Positions 24,054 to 33,653 of a DNA stretch of 64,000 nucleotides are shown in pieces (positions within the stretch are counted from its first letter, which is position 1; every line of letters starts with the position of its first letter). The stretch comes from an uncultured Gemmatimonadales bacterium. Its GTDB lineage: Bacteria > Gemmatimonadota > Gemmatimonadetes > Longimicrobiales > RSA9. The position numbers and the translations under genes are program-made. The stretch is taken from the NCBI GenBank assembly GCA_963783305.1, contig CAWAMW010000014.1:25288-89287 (forward strand), in the 5' to 3' direction. The notes beneath the pieces were generated by a model that saw only the letters and a program-made list of their open reading frames with translations, did no database searches and was not told where the DNA came from.

Positions 24054-24650
24054 ATGGCGGACGGAGTGAAGACGGATTCCACGTCCAGGCGGTCGATGAC
24101 GTGGGTGTGGATGATCCTGGCGGTGGTGGTCGTGGGCGGGTTCCTCGTGTGGCTGAGTATGGCGAGCGAGCCGACGGCGGTGCCGGTCGCGGGAGGTGAG
24201 GAGACGACTGAGGGCGGACCGGACACGAGCATCCCTCTGGTGGCGAAGGACACGCTGGCCGCGGACAAGGCGGCGTACGAGGGGCAGATCATCCGTGTGC
24301 AGGAGGTCGAGGCCACGACTGAGCTCGGTGCCGCCATCTTCTGGGGTGAGCTGGGCGACCAGGCGAACCAGGTTCCCATTCTGGTCCGCCTCGATTCTAC
24401 AGCCGCCGAAGGCTGGCAGATGCAGCAGGGCGGCCTGTACAACCTGACGGGCCGGGTCTCCCGGATGACCGATTCCGTGGCCGCGGCCTGGGGCGAGCAG
24501 GGCGAGTTCAGGAGTGAGGGCGAGGAAATGCAGGCGACCTTCACCGACTATTTCATTCAGGCGAGCAGGATCCGACCCACGCGGAGCGGGAGCTCCGGCG
24601 GTGGCGCGGATCGTGGCGCGGGCGCGAACGCGCCCGCCCGCGACGGCTGA
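24054..24650 (+). CDS. hypothetical single-pass membrane protein, possible OB-fold exported domain
   Basis: hydrophobic [18 protein letters not shown], then acidic linker and beta-rich domain; GGAG SD in rplQ end. Confidence 0.8.
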   Translation: MADGVKTDSTSRRSMTWVWMILAVVVVGGFLVWLSMASEPTAVPVAGGEETTEGGPDTSIPLVAKDTLAADKAAYEGQIIRVQEVEATTELGAAIFWGELGDQANQVPILVRLDSTAAEGWQMQQGGLYNLTGRVSRMTDSVAAAWGEQGEFRSEGEEMQATFTDYFIQASRIRPTRSGSSGGGADRGAGANAPARDG

Positions 24651-24675
24651 CCGGGCAGGGCGAGGAGAAACGGTT

Positions 24676-24870
24676 ATGGCACGGAAGTGTTACGTGTGCG
24701 GCAAGGGCCCGGTTTATGGGAACAACGTCAGCCACGCGAACAACAGGACGCGGCGGCGCTGGCTGCCCAACCTCCAGCGGGTGAAGATCCTGACGGAGGA
24801 AGGTGAGTCGCAGCGGGTGCGGGTATGCACGCGGTGCATATCGGCGGGGAAGATCCGCAAGGCTGGCTGA
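24676..24870 (+). CDS. rpmB: 50S ribosomal protein L28 (Zn type)
   Basis: [35 protein letters not shown]. Confidence 0.98.
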   Translation: MARKCYVCGKGPVYGNNVSHANNRTRRRWLPNLQRVKILTEEGESQRVRVCTRCISAGKIRKAG

Positions 24871-24889
24871 GGCCCCAGGGGTCCACGGC

Positions 24890-24924
24890 AAGGCCCCGGC
24901 ATCCTGATGGTTGCCGGGGCTTTT
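24890..24924 (+). terminator. intrinsic terminator after rpmB
   Basis: AAGGCCCCGGCA / TGCCGGGGCTTT stem ending in TTTT. Confidence 0.8.
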
Positions 24925-25040
24925 CGTTACATGGCAGGGCCTGTTATCGTGAACGTCTCGGCGCCGACCGGCGTCGCGGCCCCCATCGACACACAATGAC
25001 TGGAAGCAGCATGCCGAGCGAGAACGGAACAGCGGAAGAC

Positions 25041-26417
25041 ATGGAGATGTCGAAGCACGGACGTCAGCTCATGGACCGGATCGACAGCCGGAAGGCGAAG
25101 TTCGGGATCGTGGGCCTGGGGTATGTCGGGCTTCCGCTGGCGGTAGCCATGGTGGAGGGTGGGTACGAGGTTCTCGGCCTGGACGTTTCCGAACGCGTGG
25201 TCGACCTGTTGAACAGCGGCACGTCGCACGTGGAGGATGTCGAGCCGCACGTGGTGATGGGGATGCGGGAGAAGGGGCTGTTCGAGGCCACGACCGACGC
25301 CAGCCGGTTGGCGGAGTGCGACATCATCTCCATCGCGGTGCCCACGCCGCTGTCGAAGACGCGCGACCCGGACGTCAGCTACGTAGTGGCCGCGTCGGAG
25401 TTCGTAGCGAAAACGCTGCGGGCGGGGCAGCTGATCATCCTGGAGTCCACCACGTACCCGGGCACGACACGGGAAGTGCTGCTGCCCAAGCTCGAGCGCA
25501 CAGGGCTGCAGGTCGGGACCGACTTCTTCCTCTGCTTCAGCCCCGAGCGCGTGGACCCGGGCAACAAGGTGTGGGGCGTGAAGAACACGCCGAAGGTGAT
25601 CGGCGGGACCACGCCGGCATGTGCGGCCATGGGTCAGGCGGCGTATGGCGCGGTGCTGGACACGATCGTCCCGGTCAGCTCTACCGAGGCGGCGGAGATG
25701 TCGAAGCTGCTGGAGAACACGTTCCGAGCGATCAATATCGCGCTGGTCAACGAGATGGCGCAGGCGGCGAATCGGCTGGACGTGAACGTCTGGGAGGTGA
25801 TCGATGCGGCGGCCACGAAGCCATTCGGGTTCATGAAGTTCACGCCCGGGCCGGGGATCGGCGGCCACTGCATCCCCCTCGATCCGCACTATCTGTCCTG
25901 GAAGATGAAGACGCTGAACTACAGGATGCGGCTCATCGAGGTGGCGAGCGAGATCAACGCCGAGATGCCGGAGCACGTGATGGAGAAGGTCCGGGACGCG
26001 CTGAACGAGCACCGCAAGTCGGTGCTCGGCAGCCGGATCCTGATCATCGGCGCGTCGTACAAGAAGGACATCGGCGATGTGCGGGAGAGCCCGGCCATCG
26101 ACATCATCCGGCTGCTCGAGGCGCAGGGTGGCGACGTTCGCTATCACGACCCGTACGTGCCGGAGTTCAGCGAGGACGGCATCGTCCGGACGAGCGTGGA
26201 GTGCACGGACGAGGAGGTCGACGCGGCCGATTGCGTCGTCATCGTGACCGACCATTCCACGGTGGACTACCTGCGGGTGGCGGAGCGCGCTCGACTGCTG
26301 GTGGACACCCGCAATGCCGCCAGCGCCGCGGAGGGTGAGAACATCGTCCGACTGAGCGGGCCGCGTCCGTTCTCGCGGCGTAACCGAGTGACGGCGCCGG
26401 TCCAGGCACCGCTCTGA
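25041..26417 (+). CDS. UDP-N-acetylhexosamine 6-dehydrogenase (WbpA/TviB/WecC family)
   Basis: GLGYVGLPLA, LESTTYPGTT, SPERVDPG, GPGIGGHCIP, D.RESP; start uncertain (24996-25047). Confidence 0.9.
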   Translation: MEMSKHGRQLMDRIDSRKAKFGIVGLGYVGLPLAVAMVEGGYEVLGLDVSERVVDLLNSGTSHVEDVEPHVVMGMREKGLFEATTDASRLAECDIISIAVPTPLSKTRDPDVSYVVAASEFVAKTLRAGQLIILESTTYPGTTREVLLPKLERTGLQVGTDFFLCFSPERVDPGNKVWGVKNTPKVIGGTTPACAAMGQAAYGAVLDTIVPVSSTEAAEMSKLLENTFRAINIALVNEMAQAANRLDVNVWEVIDAAATKPFGFMKFTPGPGIGGHCIPLDPHYLSWKMKTLNYRMRLIEVASEINAEMPEHVMEKVRDALNEHRKSVLGSRILIIGASYKKDIGDVRESPAIDIIRLLEAQGGDVRYHDPYVPEFSEDGIVRTSVECTDEEVDAADCVVIVTDHSTVDYLRVAERARLLVDTRNAASAAEGENIVRLSGPRPFSRRNRVTAPVQAPL

Positions 26418-26458
26418 GCGGGCCGTCAGCGCCCGCACATCGGCCCGCGCGCCTCTGA

Positions 26459-26487
26459 TTGAGGTTCGCGGGCCGATTCTCTATCTT
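26459..26487 (+). promoter_or_regulatory. sigma70-type promoter of pilus operon
   Basis: TTGAGG, 17 bp, TATCTT, then GAGGAGG SD and ATG 26516. Confidence 0.6.
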
Positions 26488-26515
26488 TAGCGGTCCAACA
26501 CCCTGAGGAGGCCCG

Positions 26516-28207
26516 ATGGCGGCGAGGAAGCGACTTGGCGAACGCCTGCTGGACCGTGGTGTCATCACGGAGGGCGAGCTCGCCGACGGCCTCCGCGCGC
26601 AACAGGTCACGGGTGAGGAGCTCGGCAGCACGCTGATGCGCCTCGGCTATGTGGACGAGGACGACCTCATGCGCCTCCTCTGCGAAGATGCCGACATCCC
26701 GTTTCTGGACCTGAACGCGGTCCAGCCGGAGACGGCGGCGGTCCGGGCGATTCCCGAGGCGCTCGCCCGGGCGCACTCGGTGCTCCCGCTGAGCCAGGAG
26801 AACGGCCGGATCCGGGTGGCCCTCGGGAATCCTTTCGACATCGGCGCGGTCACGGCGCTGGAGCGGGTGACCGGTCGACCCCTAACGGTGGTGGCAGCGC
26901 CGCGGGAAGATATCGCGCGGCTGCTGACGGAGGTGTACGAGCGGCAGAGCCGGCCCGCGGAGGAGCCGCGGCAGGGCGCGAACGTGGTGGTGGGGTCGCG
27001 CGGGTCCGGTCGCGGCGCCGAGGCGCCCACGCGCGAGCAGCAGCGGTCGGGCGCGGGGGTGGCCGAGGAGGGCGGTGGCGCGGCGCGTCTCGCGCAGGAG
27101 ATCATCCGGCGTGGCATCGTGCTGGGCGCGACCGATATCCATGTCGAGCCGCGCGAGTCCGAGGTGAGCGTGCGATACCGTCTGGACGGGCAGCTGCAGT
27201 CGGGCGGTGGCTACCCGAAGGCGGTGCAGTCGTCGCTGCTCACGCGGCTCAAGATCATGGCCGGCCTCAACATTGCCGAGAGCCGGCTCCCGCAGGACGG
27301 CCGCTTCCGCGTCCCCGCGGACGGTCGACCCGTGGACCTGCGGATCTCGACCTATCCCACGCTGCACGGCGAGGACGTGGTGTTGCGGGTGCTGGACCGG
27401 GGGCGGGTGAAGCTGGACCTGGAAGCACTCGGCCTCGCCTCGTCGGACCTGAAGCTGCTCCGCGGCGCGCTCAAGCAGCCCCACGGGCTCATCCCCGTCA
27501 CGGGTCCGACGGGCTCGGGGAAGACGACGACCCTGTACTCGGCGCTCCGGGAGCTGGACACGGAGCGGAAATCGATCCTCACCCTGGAGGATCCCATCGA
27601 GTACGAGCTGGATGGGGTCCGACAATCGCAGATCAACGTGAAGGCGGGACTCACGTTCGCGTCTGGTCTGCGGTCTCTGCTGCGGCACGACCCGGATATC
27701 ATCCTGGTGGGAGAGATGCGGGACCAGGAGACGGTGAAGATCTCGCTCACGGCGGCGCTCACGGGTCACCTGGTCCTCACGACCGTCCACACGAACTCGG
27801 CGGCGGGGGTGATCCCGCGGCTCCTGGACATGGGCGCGGAGCCGTACGTGCTGGCGTCGTCGATCGAGCTGGTGGTGGCGCAGCGTCTGGTGCGCGTTCT
27901 GTGTCAGCAGTGCAAGCAGCCGGTGGATGTGCCGAGAGAACTGCGGGACCGGTATGGTCTTGGTGAGGAGGAGATCTACCGGGCGCGCGGGTGCAGTGCG
28001 TGTCGGCAGACGGGGTACCGCGGCCGGATCGGGGTTTTCGAGCTGCTCCCGGTCACGGCGGCGGTGGAGGAGGCGATCTATCGCCACGCTCCCGCCGAGG
28101 AGATCCAGCGGCTGACGGACCGACCCACCCTGTTCAGGGACGGTCTGCGGAAGGTAGTGGCGGGGGTGACTTCGCTGGAGGAAGTGCTGAAGGTGGCGGG
28201 GGCGTGA
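26516..28207 (+). CDS. type IV filament assembly ATPase (MshE/PilB/GspE) with MshEN domain
   Basis: RLGERLL..GVI motif, GPTGSGKTT, LEDPIEY, VGEMRD, CQQC/CSAC. Confidence 0.95.
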   Translation: MAARKRLGERLLDRGVITEGELADGLRAQQVTGEELGSTLMRLGYVDEDDLMRLLCEDADIPFLDLNAVQPETAAVRAIPEALARAHSVLPLSQENGRIRVALGNPFDIGAVTALERVTGRPLTVVAAPREDIARLLTEVYERQSRPAEEPRQGANVVVGSRGSGRGAEAPTREQQRSGAGVAEEGGGAARLAQEIIRRGIVLGATDIHVEPRESEVSVRYRLDGQLQSGGGYPKAVQSSLLTRLKIMAGLNIAESRLPQDGRFRVPADGRPVDLRISTYPTLHGEDVVLRVLDRGRVKLDLEALGLASSDLKLLRGALKQPHGLIPVTGPTGSGKTTTLYSALRELDTERKSILTLEDPIEYELDGVRQSQINVKAGLTFASGLRSLLRHDPDIILVGEMRDQETVKISLTAALTGHLVLTTVHTNSAAGVIPRLLDMGAEPYVLASSIELVVAQRLVRVLCQQCKQPVDVPRELRDRYGLGEEEIYRARGCSACRQTGYRGRIGVFELLPVTAAVEEAIYRHAPAEEIQRLTDRPTLFRDGLRKVVAGVTSLEEVLKVAGA

Positions 28208-28213
28208 TAGGGC

Positions 28214-29419
28214 ATGCCTGAGTTCGCCTATGAAGCGTTGACCGCGGCGGGCGCGGTGACGAGTGGGGCGATGCCAGCGGCGGACGAGGCGGAGCTGGAG
28301 GAGCGGCTTCGGAGCCAGGGCTCGTATCTGATCCGCGCGTCGATGTCGGCCTCGGCGGCGCGCCGGCGTACGGACGGGGCGGTCGACCAACGGGAGCTGC
28401 TGGGGTTCACGGAGTACATCTCGGCATCGATCGAGGCCGGGATCCCGATCCTCGCAACGCTGGACGACGTGGGGATCCGGATGAAGACTCGCCGGCTGAC
28501 CCGGATCGTGGAGGAGGTCCGGACGTCCATGGCGGAGGAGGGTAAAAGCCTCTCGGAGTCGCTGTCGGAGCATCCGAAGGCCTTCAGCCGACTGTACGTG
28601 AGCACGGTGGCGGCCGGCGAGGCCACGGGTCACCTGGATTACGCGCTGAACCAGCTCGTGGAGTATCTGGACTGGCAGCAGGAGATCCGGTCACAGCTGC
28701 GCCAGGCGACGGTGTACCCGGCGATCGTTCTGCTCGCCATGGGAGTGCTGATCGCGACCCTGGTGGGTTTCGTGTTCCCGCGGCTCTTCCCGGTGCTCAG
28801 CACCTTCGACGTGGAGCTTCCGTGGCCGACGCGTGTGATCATGGCGGTGGCCACGTTCCTCTCGGCGTACTGGCTGCTGCTGCTGGGAGGTCTGCTGGCG
28901 CTGGGGATCGCCGTGCTCCTGCTGCGCCGGACCCCGGGGGGTCGCCGGATGCTGGACGCGGTCACGCTGCGGGTCCCCATCTTCGGTCCGTTGATCCACC
29001 AGATCAACATGGCCCGCTTCGTCACGTACCTGGCGCTGTTCTACCGGACCGGGGTAGAGCTGCTGCACGGCCTGAGGATGGTCGAGGAGATGATGGAGAA
29101 CCGGGTGGTGGCGGAGGCCGTGCGGGACGCTCGACAGGCGGTGTCGCAGGGTGAGACGCTTTCGAGTGCTTTTGGCGCGAACCGGCTCTTCCCGATGGTC
29201 GTGACGCGGAGCATCGCGCTGGGGGAGCGGACGGGGAGCCTGGACGAGGCGCTTGGGCGCGCGAAGGGATACTACGACCGCGAGGTTCCCGCGTCGGTGA
29301 ACCGGATGCTCACAGCGCTGCAGCCTCTGCTGGTGGTTTTGATGGGCGGAGTGATCGTGATCATCGCGCTCTCGATCTTCCTGCCGATCCTCACCATCTA
29401 TCAGTCGCTGGGCCGATAG
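28214..29419 (+). CDS. inner-membrane platform protein (MshG/PilC/GspF)
   Basis: AGEATGHL, YPAIVL, LPWPTR, GERTGSL, LQPLLVV. Confidence 0.95.
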   Translation: MPEFAYEALTAAGAVTSGAMPAADEAELEERLRSQGSYLIRASMSASAARRRTDGAVDQRELLGFTEYISASIEAGIPILATLDDVGIRMKTRRLTRIVEEVRTSMAEEGKSLSESLSEHPKAFSRLYVSTVAAGEATGHLDYALNQLVEYLDWQQEIRSQLRQATVYPAIVLLAMGVLIATLVGFVFPRLFPVLSTFDVELPWPTRVIMAVATFLSAYWLLLLGGLLALGIAVLLLRRTPGGRRMLDAVTLRVPIFGPLIHQINMARFVTYLALFYRTGVELLHGLRMVEEMMENRVVAEAVRDARQAVSQGETLSSAFGANRLFPMVVTRSIALGERTGSLDEALGRAKGYYDREVPASVNRMLTALQPLLVVLMGGVIVIIALSIFLPILTIYQSLGR

Positions 29420-29421
29420 CG

Positions 29422-30906
29422 GTGCTGCGGATCCCGTTCCTCGACCGGCTCCTGTCCCCGGGCGGCGCGTCTCGTCATTTCGCGGCGGTCGCGGGGCCCC
29501 ACGGCGTGCACGCAGTGGAGTACCGTCGTGAGCGCGGGGAGGTGGTCCTGGTGGCGGGCGTGCGGCAGTCGGCGGGGGGTACGGACACGGAGGCGCTGGC
29601 CGTGGCGGTGGCGGATGCGGTAGAAGCGCTCGGCGGGGGTGGGGGCACACTGTCGCTGGCGGTGAGCGGATACGGCACCGCTCACCATGTCCTGAGTCTC
29701 CCCGCCGCGGACGAGGAGATCCTGCGGCCGATCGTGCGACGGGAGCTGCTCCGTTACTACCCGGAGCTGGACGACCCTGTCATCGATTTCGCCGTACCGG
29801 CCGAGGCGGGCGGCGGCGCGTCCACGAGCCGAGAGATGCTCGTGGGTGCGGCGCCCCGTGGAGTGGCGGTGGAGCTGTCTCAGCGGCTGGGAGAGCGAGG
29901 AATCGTGCTGCACCACCTCACGGTGCTGCCCGATGTGCTGCAGACGCTTTACGACACGTTCGACGGGTCGGAGGCGGCGACGGTGGTAGTGGTGGTGCTG
30001 GAGACGGGCGCCCTGATCGGCTGCTTCCATCTGGGCGCGCTGCGGCTCTTCATCGAGCCGCCGCAGGACGTCCACGGTCGTCCGGTGCGAGATCCCACTG
30101 CGGTGGCAGAGCAGGTGGAGCGGGCGAACCTCTTCCTCCGGCAGCAGTTCCCGAACGTGCGCGTGGACCGGGTCCTCCTTGCCGCGCCCTCGGGGGAGGT
30201 GGACGCGCTGCGGAGCGCACTGGAGGAGCAACTGGACTCCAGAGTGAGCAGCCTGGCGGATGTGCCGGGTGGGTCACTGGCGGCGCTCGGTGTGGCGCTC
30301 TCGGCGGACCGGGTGCCGCGGTTCCAGCTGCTCCCGGCCGCCGTGAGGCCCCGCACCCATTCGGAGCGGGTGACGCGGCGGGTGTCCGTGGCCGCGGGAG
30401 CGCTGATCGTGCTGGCCGCCCTCTGGTGGGCGGGCGCGGGACTTCGGGTCGCGCGAGCCGAGGCCGCTCGGGCGGAGGCGGTGGAAACGGAGGTCTCGTC
30501 GGTGCTTCCCGAAGTGAACCGCACGAGCGAGATCCTGAACGCGCGCCGGGCCCATCATCTCCGGCTGGTCTTCCTGGACGAGACGGCGGCGAGCCGCGTC
30601 GAGGCCCGGCGGATCCTGGCGGGAGTGGCTGCGGAGAGCCGCCCCGAAGTTCGGCTCGAGTCGCTGGTGATCCAGCGGGTGGAGGCAGGGTGGTCGGTAT
30701 CGCTGGCCGGGCGTTCGGAAGGTGGGAGCAGCGCCGTGGCCGTGAGGGCCATTGACGGGCTGTACCGGGGGATGCAGGAGCGGCTGCCAGTGGTACAGGC
30801 CGAGTTCGGGGGGATGGAAGCGGTGGGCGGGGAGAGCGACCCGGCCGTTGCCATTGGGTTTGACATGTCGTTTATTGTCCAATGGCAGACGGACTTAGCC
30901 CGCTGA
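29422..30906 (+). CDS. PilM-PilN-like fused alignment protein (MshI/GspL-like)
   Basis: cytoplasmic actin-like region, QLLP before one TM, periplasmic PilN-like tail; position. Confidence 0.65.
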   Translation: MLRIPFLDRLLSPGGASRHFAAVAGPHGVHAVEYRRERGEVVLVAGVRQSAGGTDTEALAVAVADAVEALGGGGGTLSLAVSGYGTAHHVLSLPAADEEILRPIVRRELLRYYPELDDPVIDFAVPAEAGGGASTSREMLVGAAPRGVAVELSQRLGERGIVLHHLTVLPDVLQTLYDTFDGSEAATVVVVVLETGALIGCFHLGALRLFIEPPQDVHGRPVRDPTAVAEQVERANLFLRQQFPNVRVDRVLLAAPSGEVDALRSALEEQLDSRVSSLADVPGGSLAALGVALSADRVPRFQLLPAAVRPRTHSERVTRRVSVAAGALIVLAALWWAGAGLRVARAEAARAEAVETEVSSVLPEVNRTSEILNARRAHHLRLVFLDETAASRVEARRILAGVAAESRPEVRLESLVIQRVEAGWSVSLAGRSEGGSSAVAVRAIDGLYRGMQERLPVVQAEFGGMEAVGGESDPAVAIGFDMSFIVQWQTDLAR

Positions 30907-31499
30907 AGGCCCGGCTCACGACGGCCGTGGAAGTGACCGTCGGGAGCCTCCGGCGCCACGCGTTCTGGATCGCCCTCCCCGTGGCGGTGCTCGGCGTCGT
31001 GCTGGTGGCGTGGCTGGTGGGCGCGGGTGCGCAGCTGCGCGCGGATGAGTGGCGGGTGCGCTCGGGTGAGCTGCTCGCGACGCGTGAGGCGGCGGCGATG
31101 TGGCGGGAGGAGCTGATACCGCCGACCGACCGGGAGCGGGCGAGGTGGCAGGAGAGTGAGGCGGCGGTTCAGGAGCGGGCGATCGATCCTGCCGATCGGC
31201 TGGCCCTGCTCCAGGAGGTCGCGCAGAGGGCGGAAGACCTTGGGATCGCCGGGGTCTCGGTGTTCTTCGAAAGCGCCGACACGCTGGAGACGAGCGCGAT
31301 CCGTGAGGTGGGCGAGGCGGTATTCGAAGTGGCGCCGTGGGCCATGGGTGTCCGGTTCGTGGCCGGCTATGAGGCCGTGTCGTCGTTTATCGGGTCCCTT
31401 CCCCCGCAGGTGGATGTCCACCGAATGCGACTCAGCGCGACGGAAGCCGGTGTGGAGACGGAGCTATTGCTCATCATGTTCGCCAACGACGGATCGTGA
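30882..31499 (+). CDS. PilO/MshJ/GspM-like protein
   Basis: N-terminal TM, coiled coil, AGYEAVSSFIGSL PilO-like motif. Confidence 0.65.
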   Translation: MADGLSPLKARLTTAVEVTVGSLRRHAFWIALPVAVLGVVLVAWLVGAGAQLRADEWRVRSGELLATREAAAMWREELIPPTDRERARWQESEAAVQERAIDPADRLALLQEVAQRAEDLGIAGVSVFFESADTLETSAIREVGEAVFEVAPWAMGVRFVAGYEAVSSFIGSLPPQVDVHRMRLSATEAGVETELLLIMFANDGS

Positions 31500-32020
31500 A
31501 GAGCCAGGAGCTCAGGGATTCGGCGTGGCTGCTGGGGGCCGGCGTGGTGGTGGCCGTCGCGCTAGCGCTCGTGGCAGCCATCAGCACTCCGGAGCCACCG
31601 CAGCGGATGGCGCTGCCCACCGCGGGCGAGCTGGTCGAGCTGGAGCCGTACCTCGACCCCGCGGAGATCCAGCTGCCGGAGGAGCCGGGCGTCCCGCCCC
31701 TGGTGTTCATCGACGGGGATCCGTTCGGGGTCGAATCCGGCTACGGCGAGTGGGCGGGTCCGGCGGGAGTGGGCGGAGCGGGTGGTGGGGCAGGTGGGTC
31801 GGGCGGGGGGGCAGGTGCGGACGCGGCCCCGCGCTGGACGCTCAGCGCGGTCCTGATCGCAGGAGACCGTCGCAGCGCGATCGTGAACGACCGTGTGGTG
31901 CGGCCGGGCGACCGGCTGGCTGACGGCACGCGCGTGGAGGTGGTCGAAGGTGACCACGTAATCATCGTCACACCGGACGGCATGCGGCACAGGCTGGAGC
32001 TCGAGAGGCGGGGATCATGA
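31496..32020 (+). CDS. MshK/PilP-like protein
   Basis: TM, DPF motif, Gly linker, LSAVLIAGDRRSAIVNDRVVRPGD. Confidence 0.65.
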   Translation: MKSQELRDSAWLLGAGVVVAVALALVAAISTPEPPQRMALPTAGELVELEPYLDPAEIQLPEEPGVPPLVFIDGDPFGVESGYGEWAGPAGVGGAGGGAGGSGGGAGADAAPRWTLSAVLIAGDRRSAIVNDRVVRPGDRLADGTRVEVVEGDHVIIVTPDGMRHRLELERRGS

Positions 32021-33648
32021 GAGGAATACAGGGGCGCCCATGGGTTATCGCGGGAGCGGCACTGGTCGTCGCCGCGTGCGCCTCGCATGACCAGGCCGGA
32101 TCGGCGGAACCGCGGACTGTGGTGCAGACCGGCCCGCCGCCCGCCGAAGCGGCGGAGGCGCCGCTTCCCAACCTGCCGGTGAGCCAGATGGAGCCTCGCG
32201 ACGGGGGTGGCTGGCCGCGTGTGGAGTCGCTGGAGGCGGTGGATCAGGACCTCCGGGCGGTGCTGCGCGGCGTCGCCGACGAGTACGGCCTCGCCTTCCA
32301 GATCGATCCCAGTGTGAACGCCCGCGTGACCACGCGACTCCGCAACGCGACGCTCCGGGAGGTGCTGGATGCGCTCACTCTGCCGTACGGCTACACCTAT
32401 GAGCTGTCGGGGCAGACGCTGCGGGTGGAGCCGGTACGGACGCAGTCCCGACTTTTCACACTCGATTTCATTGCTCTCTCCCGCGTGGGAGTGGGCACGA
32501 CGGTGATCCAGCGCCGTCTGAGCACCGCAGGGACCCGAGCCGGGTTCGGCGGGGGCAGTGCGTCGGGGCTGCCGGTGGGCGGGGGTGGGATCGGAGGTGC
32601 CGCGGGTGGTGCGGACGTCATCACCAGCGTCTCGGTGACGGACCTCTGGGAGGACATGAGGGTGGCGCTGGAAGGGCTGGTGTTCGGGGAAGTGCAGAGC
32701 GCCGCCGAGGCGGGGATCGAGCGGCAGCGGGCCACAGACGGTATGGGTGGGCTCGGGGGTCGGGCACCGCAGACCACGTCGCGGGTGTCGGAAGACGGAC
32801 GGCGTCTGATCGTGAATCCGGCGGCAGGGACCATCCTGGTCTCCGCATCGCCGGCGCGGCTGGAGGAGGTGGAGCTCTACATTCGGAGCTTCGAGGCGGC
32901 GATCCAGCGGCAGGTCCGGATCGAGGCGAAATTCGTGGAGGTGATGCTGGATCGCGAGTCGTCGTTCGGGATCGACTGGGGCGTCGTGAAGAACTTCGCC
33001 GACCTGGGGATCCGCCTCCAGTCCACGCCGTCGTCTCAGGGGGTGGAGTTCAATCTCGCCCACGGCGCCGAGAGCGTCACAGCGGTGCTCCATGCGCTGG
33101 AGACCCAGGGGGACGTGCGTGTGCTGTCGAGCCCGGGGGTGTCGACGCTCAACAACCAGCGTGCGGTGTTCAACGTCACGACCGAGGAAGTATTCTTCGC
33201 CGTGACGCGGGAGCCGGTGCGGGATGCGAGAGGCGACTTCATCCAGTTCGACACCCAGGTCGAGACGCAGCCGGTGGCGGTCGGGATCGTCATGGACGTT
33301 CTGCCCCAGATCTCCGCGGACAACCACATCACGATGAACGTGCGGCCCATGGTGACGAGCCTGGCCCGGATCGAGGAGTTCACCCAGGACGACAACTTCG
33401 CGCGGGCGCCCATCATCGACCGCCGCGAGCTGGACACGATGGTCCGGGTCCGGAGCGGGGAGACCCACGTGATCGGTGGTCTGATCCAGACGCGGACCGA
33501 GCACGTCCGCGTGGGGGTGCCCGGTCTCAAGGACATCCCGTACCTGGGATACCTGTTCGGGACGACCCGTACCGTCGAGACTCGCAGCGAGCTCGTGATC
33601 TTCATCACTCCCACCATCATCGCGGGCGCCGCGCCCGCCGTCCCCTGA
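32017..33648 (+). CDS. lipoprotein secretin (MshL type)
   Basis: VAAC lipobox, STN domain, Gly-rich insert, QVRIEAKFVEV, VIGGLI, VPGLKDIPYLGYLF, ELVIFITP. Confidence 0.93.
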   Translation: MRGIQGRPWVIAGAALVVAACASHDQAGSAEPRTVVQTGPPPAEAAEAPLPNLPVSQMEPRDGGGWPRVESLEAVDQDLRAVLRGVADEYGLAFQIDPSVNARVTTRLRNATLREVLDALTLPYGYTYELSGQTLRVEPVRTQSRLFTLDFIALSRVGVGTTVIQRRLSTAGTRAGFGGGSASGLPVGGGGIGGAAGGADVITSVSVTDLWEDMRVALEGLVFGEVQSAAEAGIERQRATDGMGGLGGRAPQTTSRVSEDGRRLIVNPAAGTILVSASPARLEEVELYIRSFEAAIQRQVRIEAKFVEVMLDRESSFGIDWGVVKNFADLGIRLQSTPSSQGVEFNLAHGAESVTAVLHALETQGDVRVLSSPGVSTLNNQRAVFNVTTEEVFFAVTREPVRDARGDFIQFDTQVETQPVAVGIVMDVLPQISADNHITMNVRPMVTSLARIEEFTQDDNFARAPIIDRRELDTMVRVRSGETHVIGGLIQTRTEHVRVGVPGLKDIPYLGYLFGTTRTVETRSELVIFITPTIIAGAAPAVP

Positions 33649-33653
33649 ACTCC

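Noticed and set aside
31750..31830. G-rich runs as DNA repeats
   Set aside because: They encode Gly/Ala linkers of the MshK-like protein; similar runs occur in the secretin and MshN-like genes.
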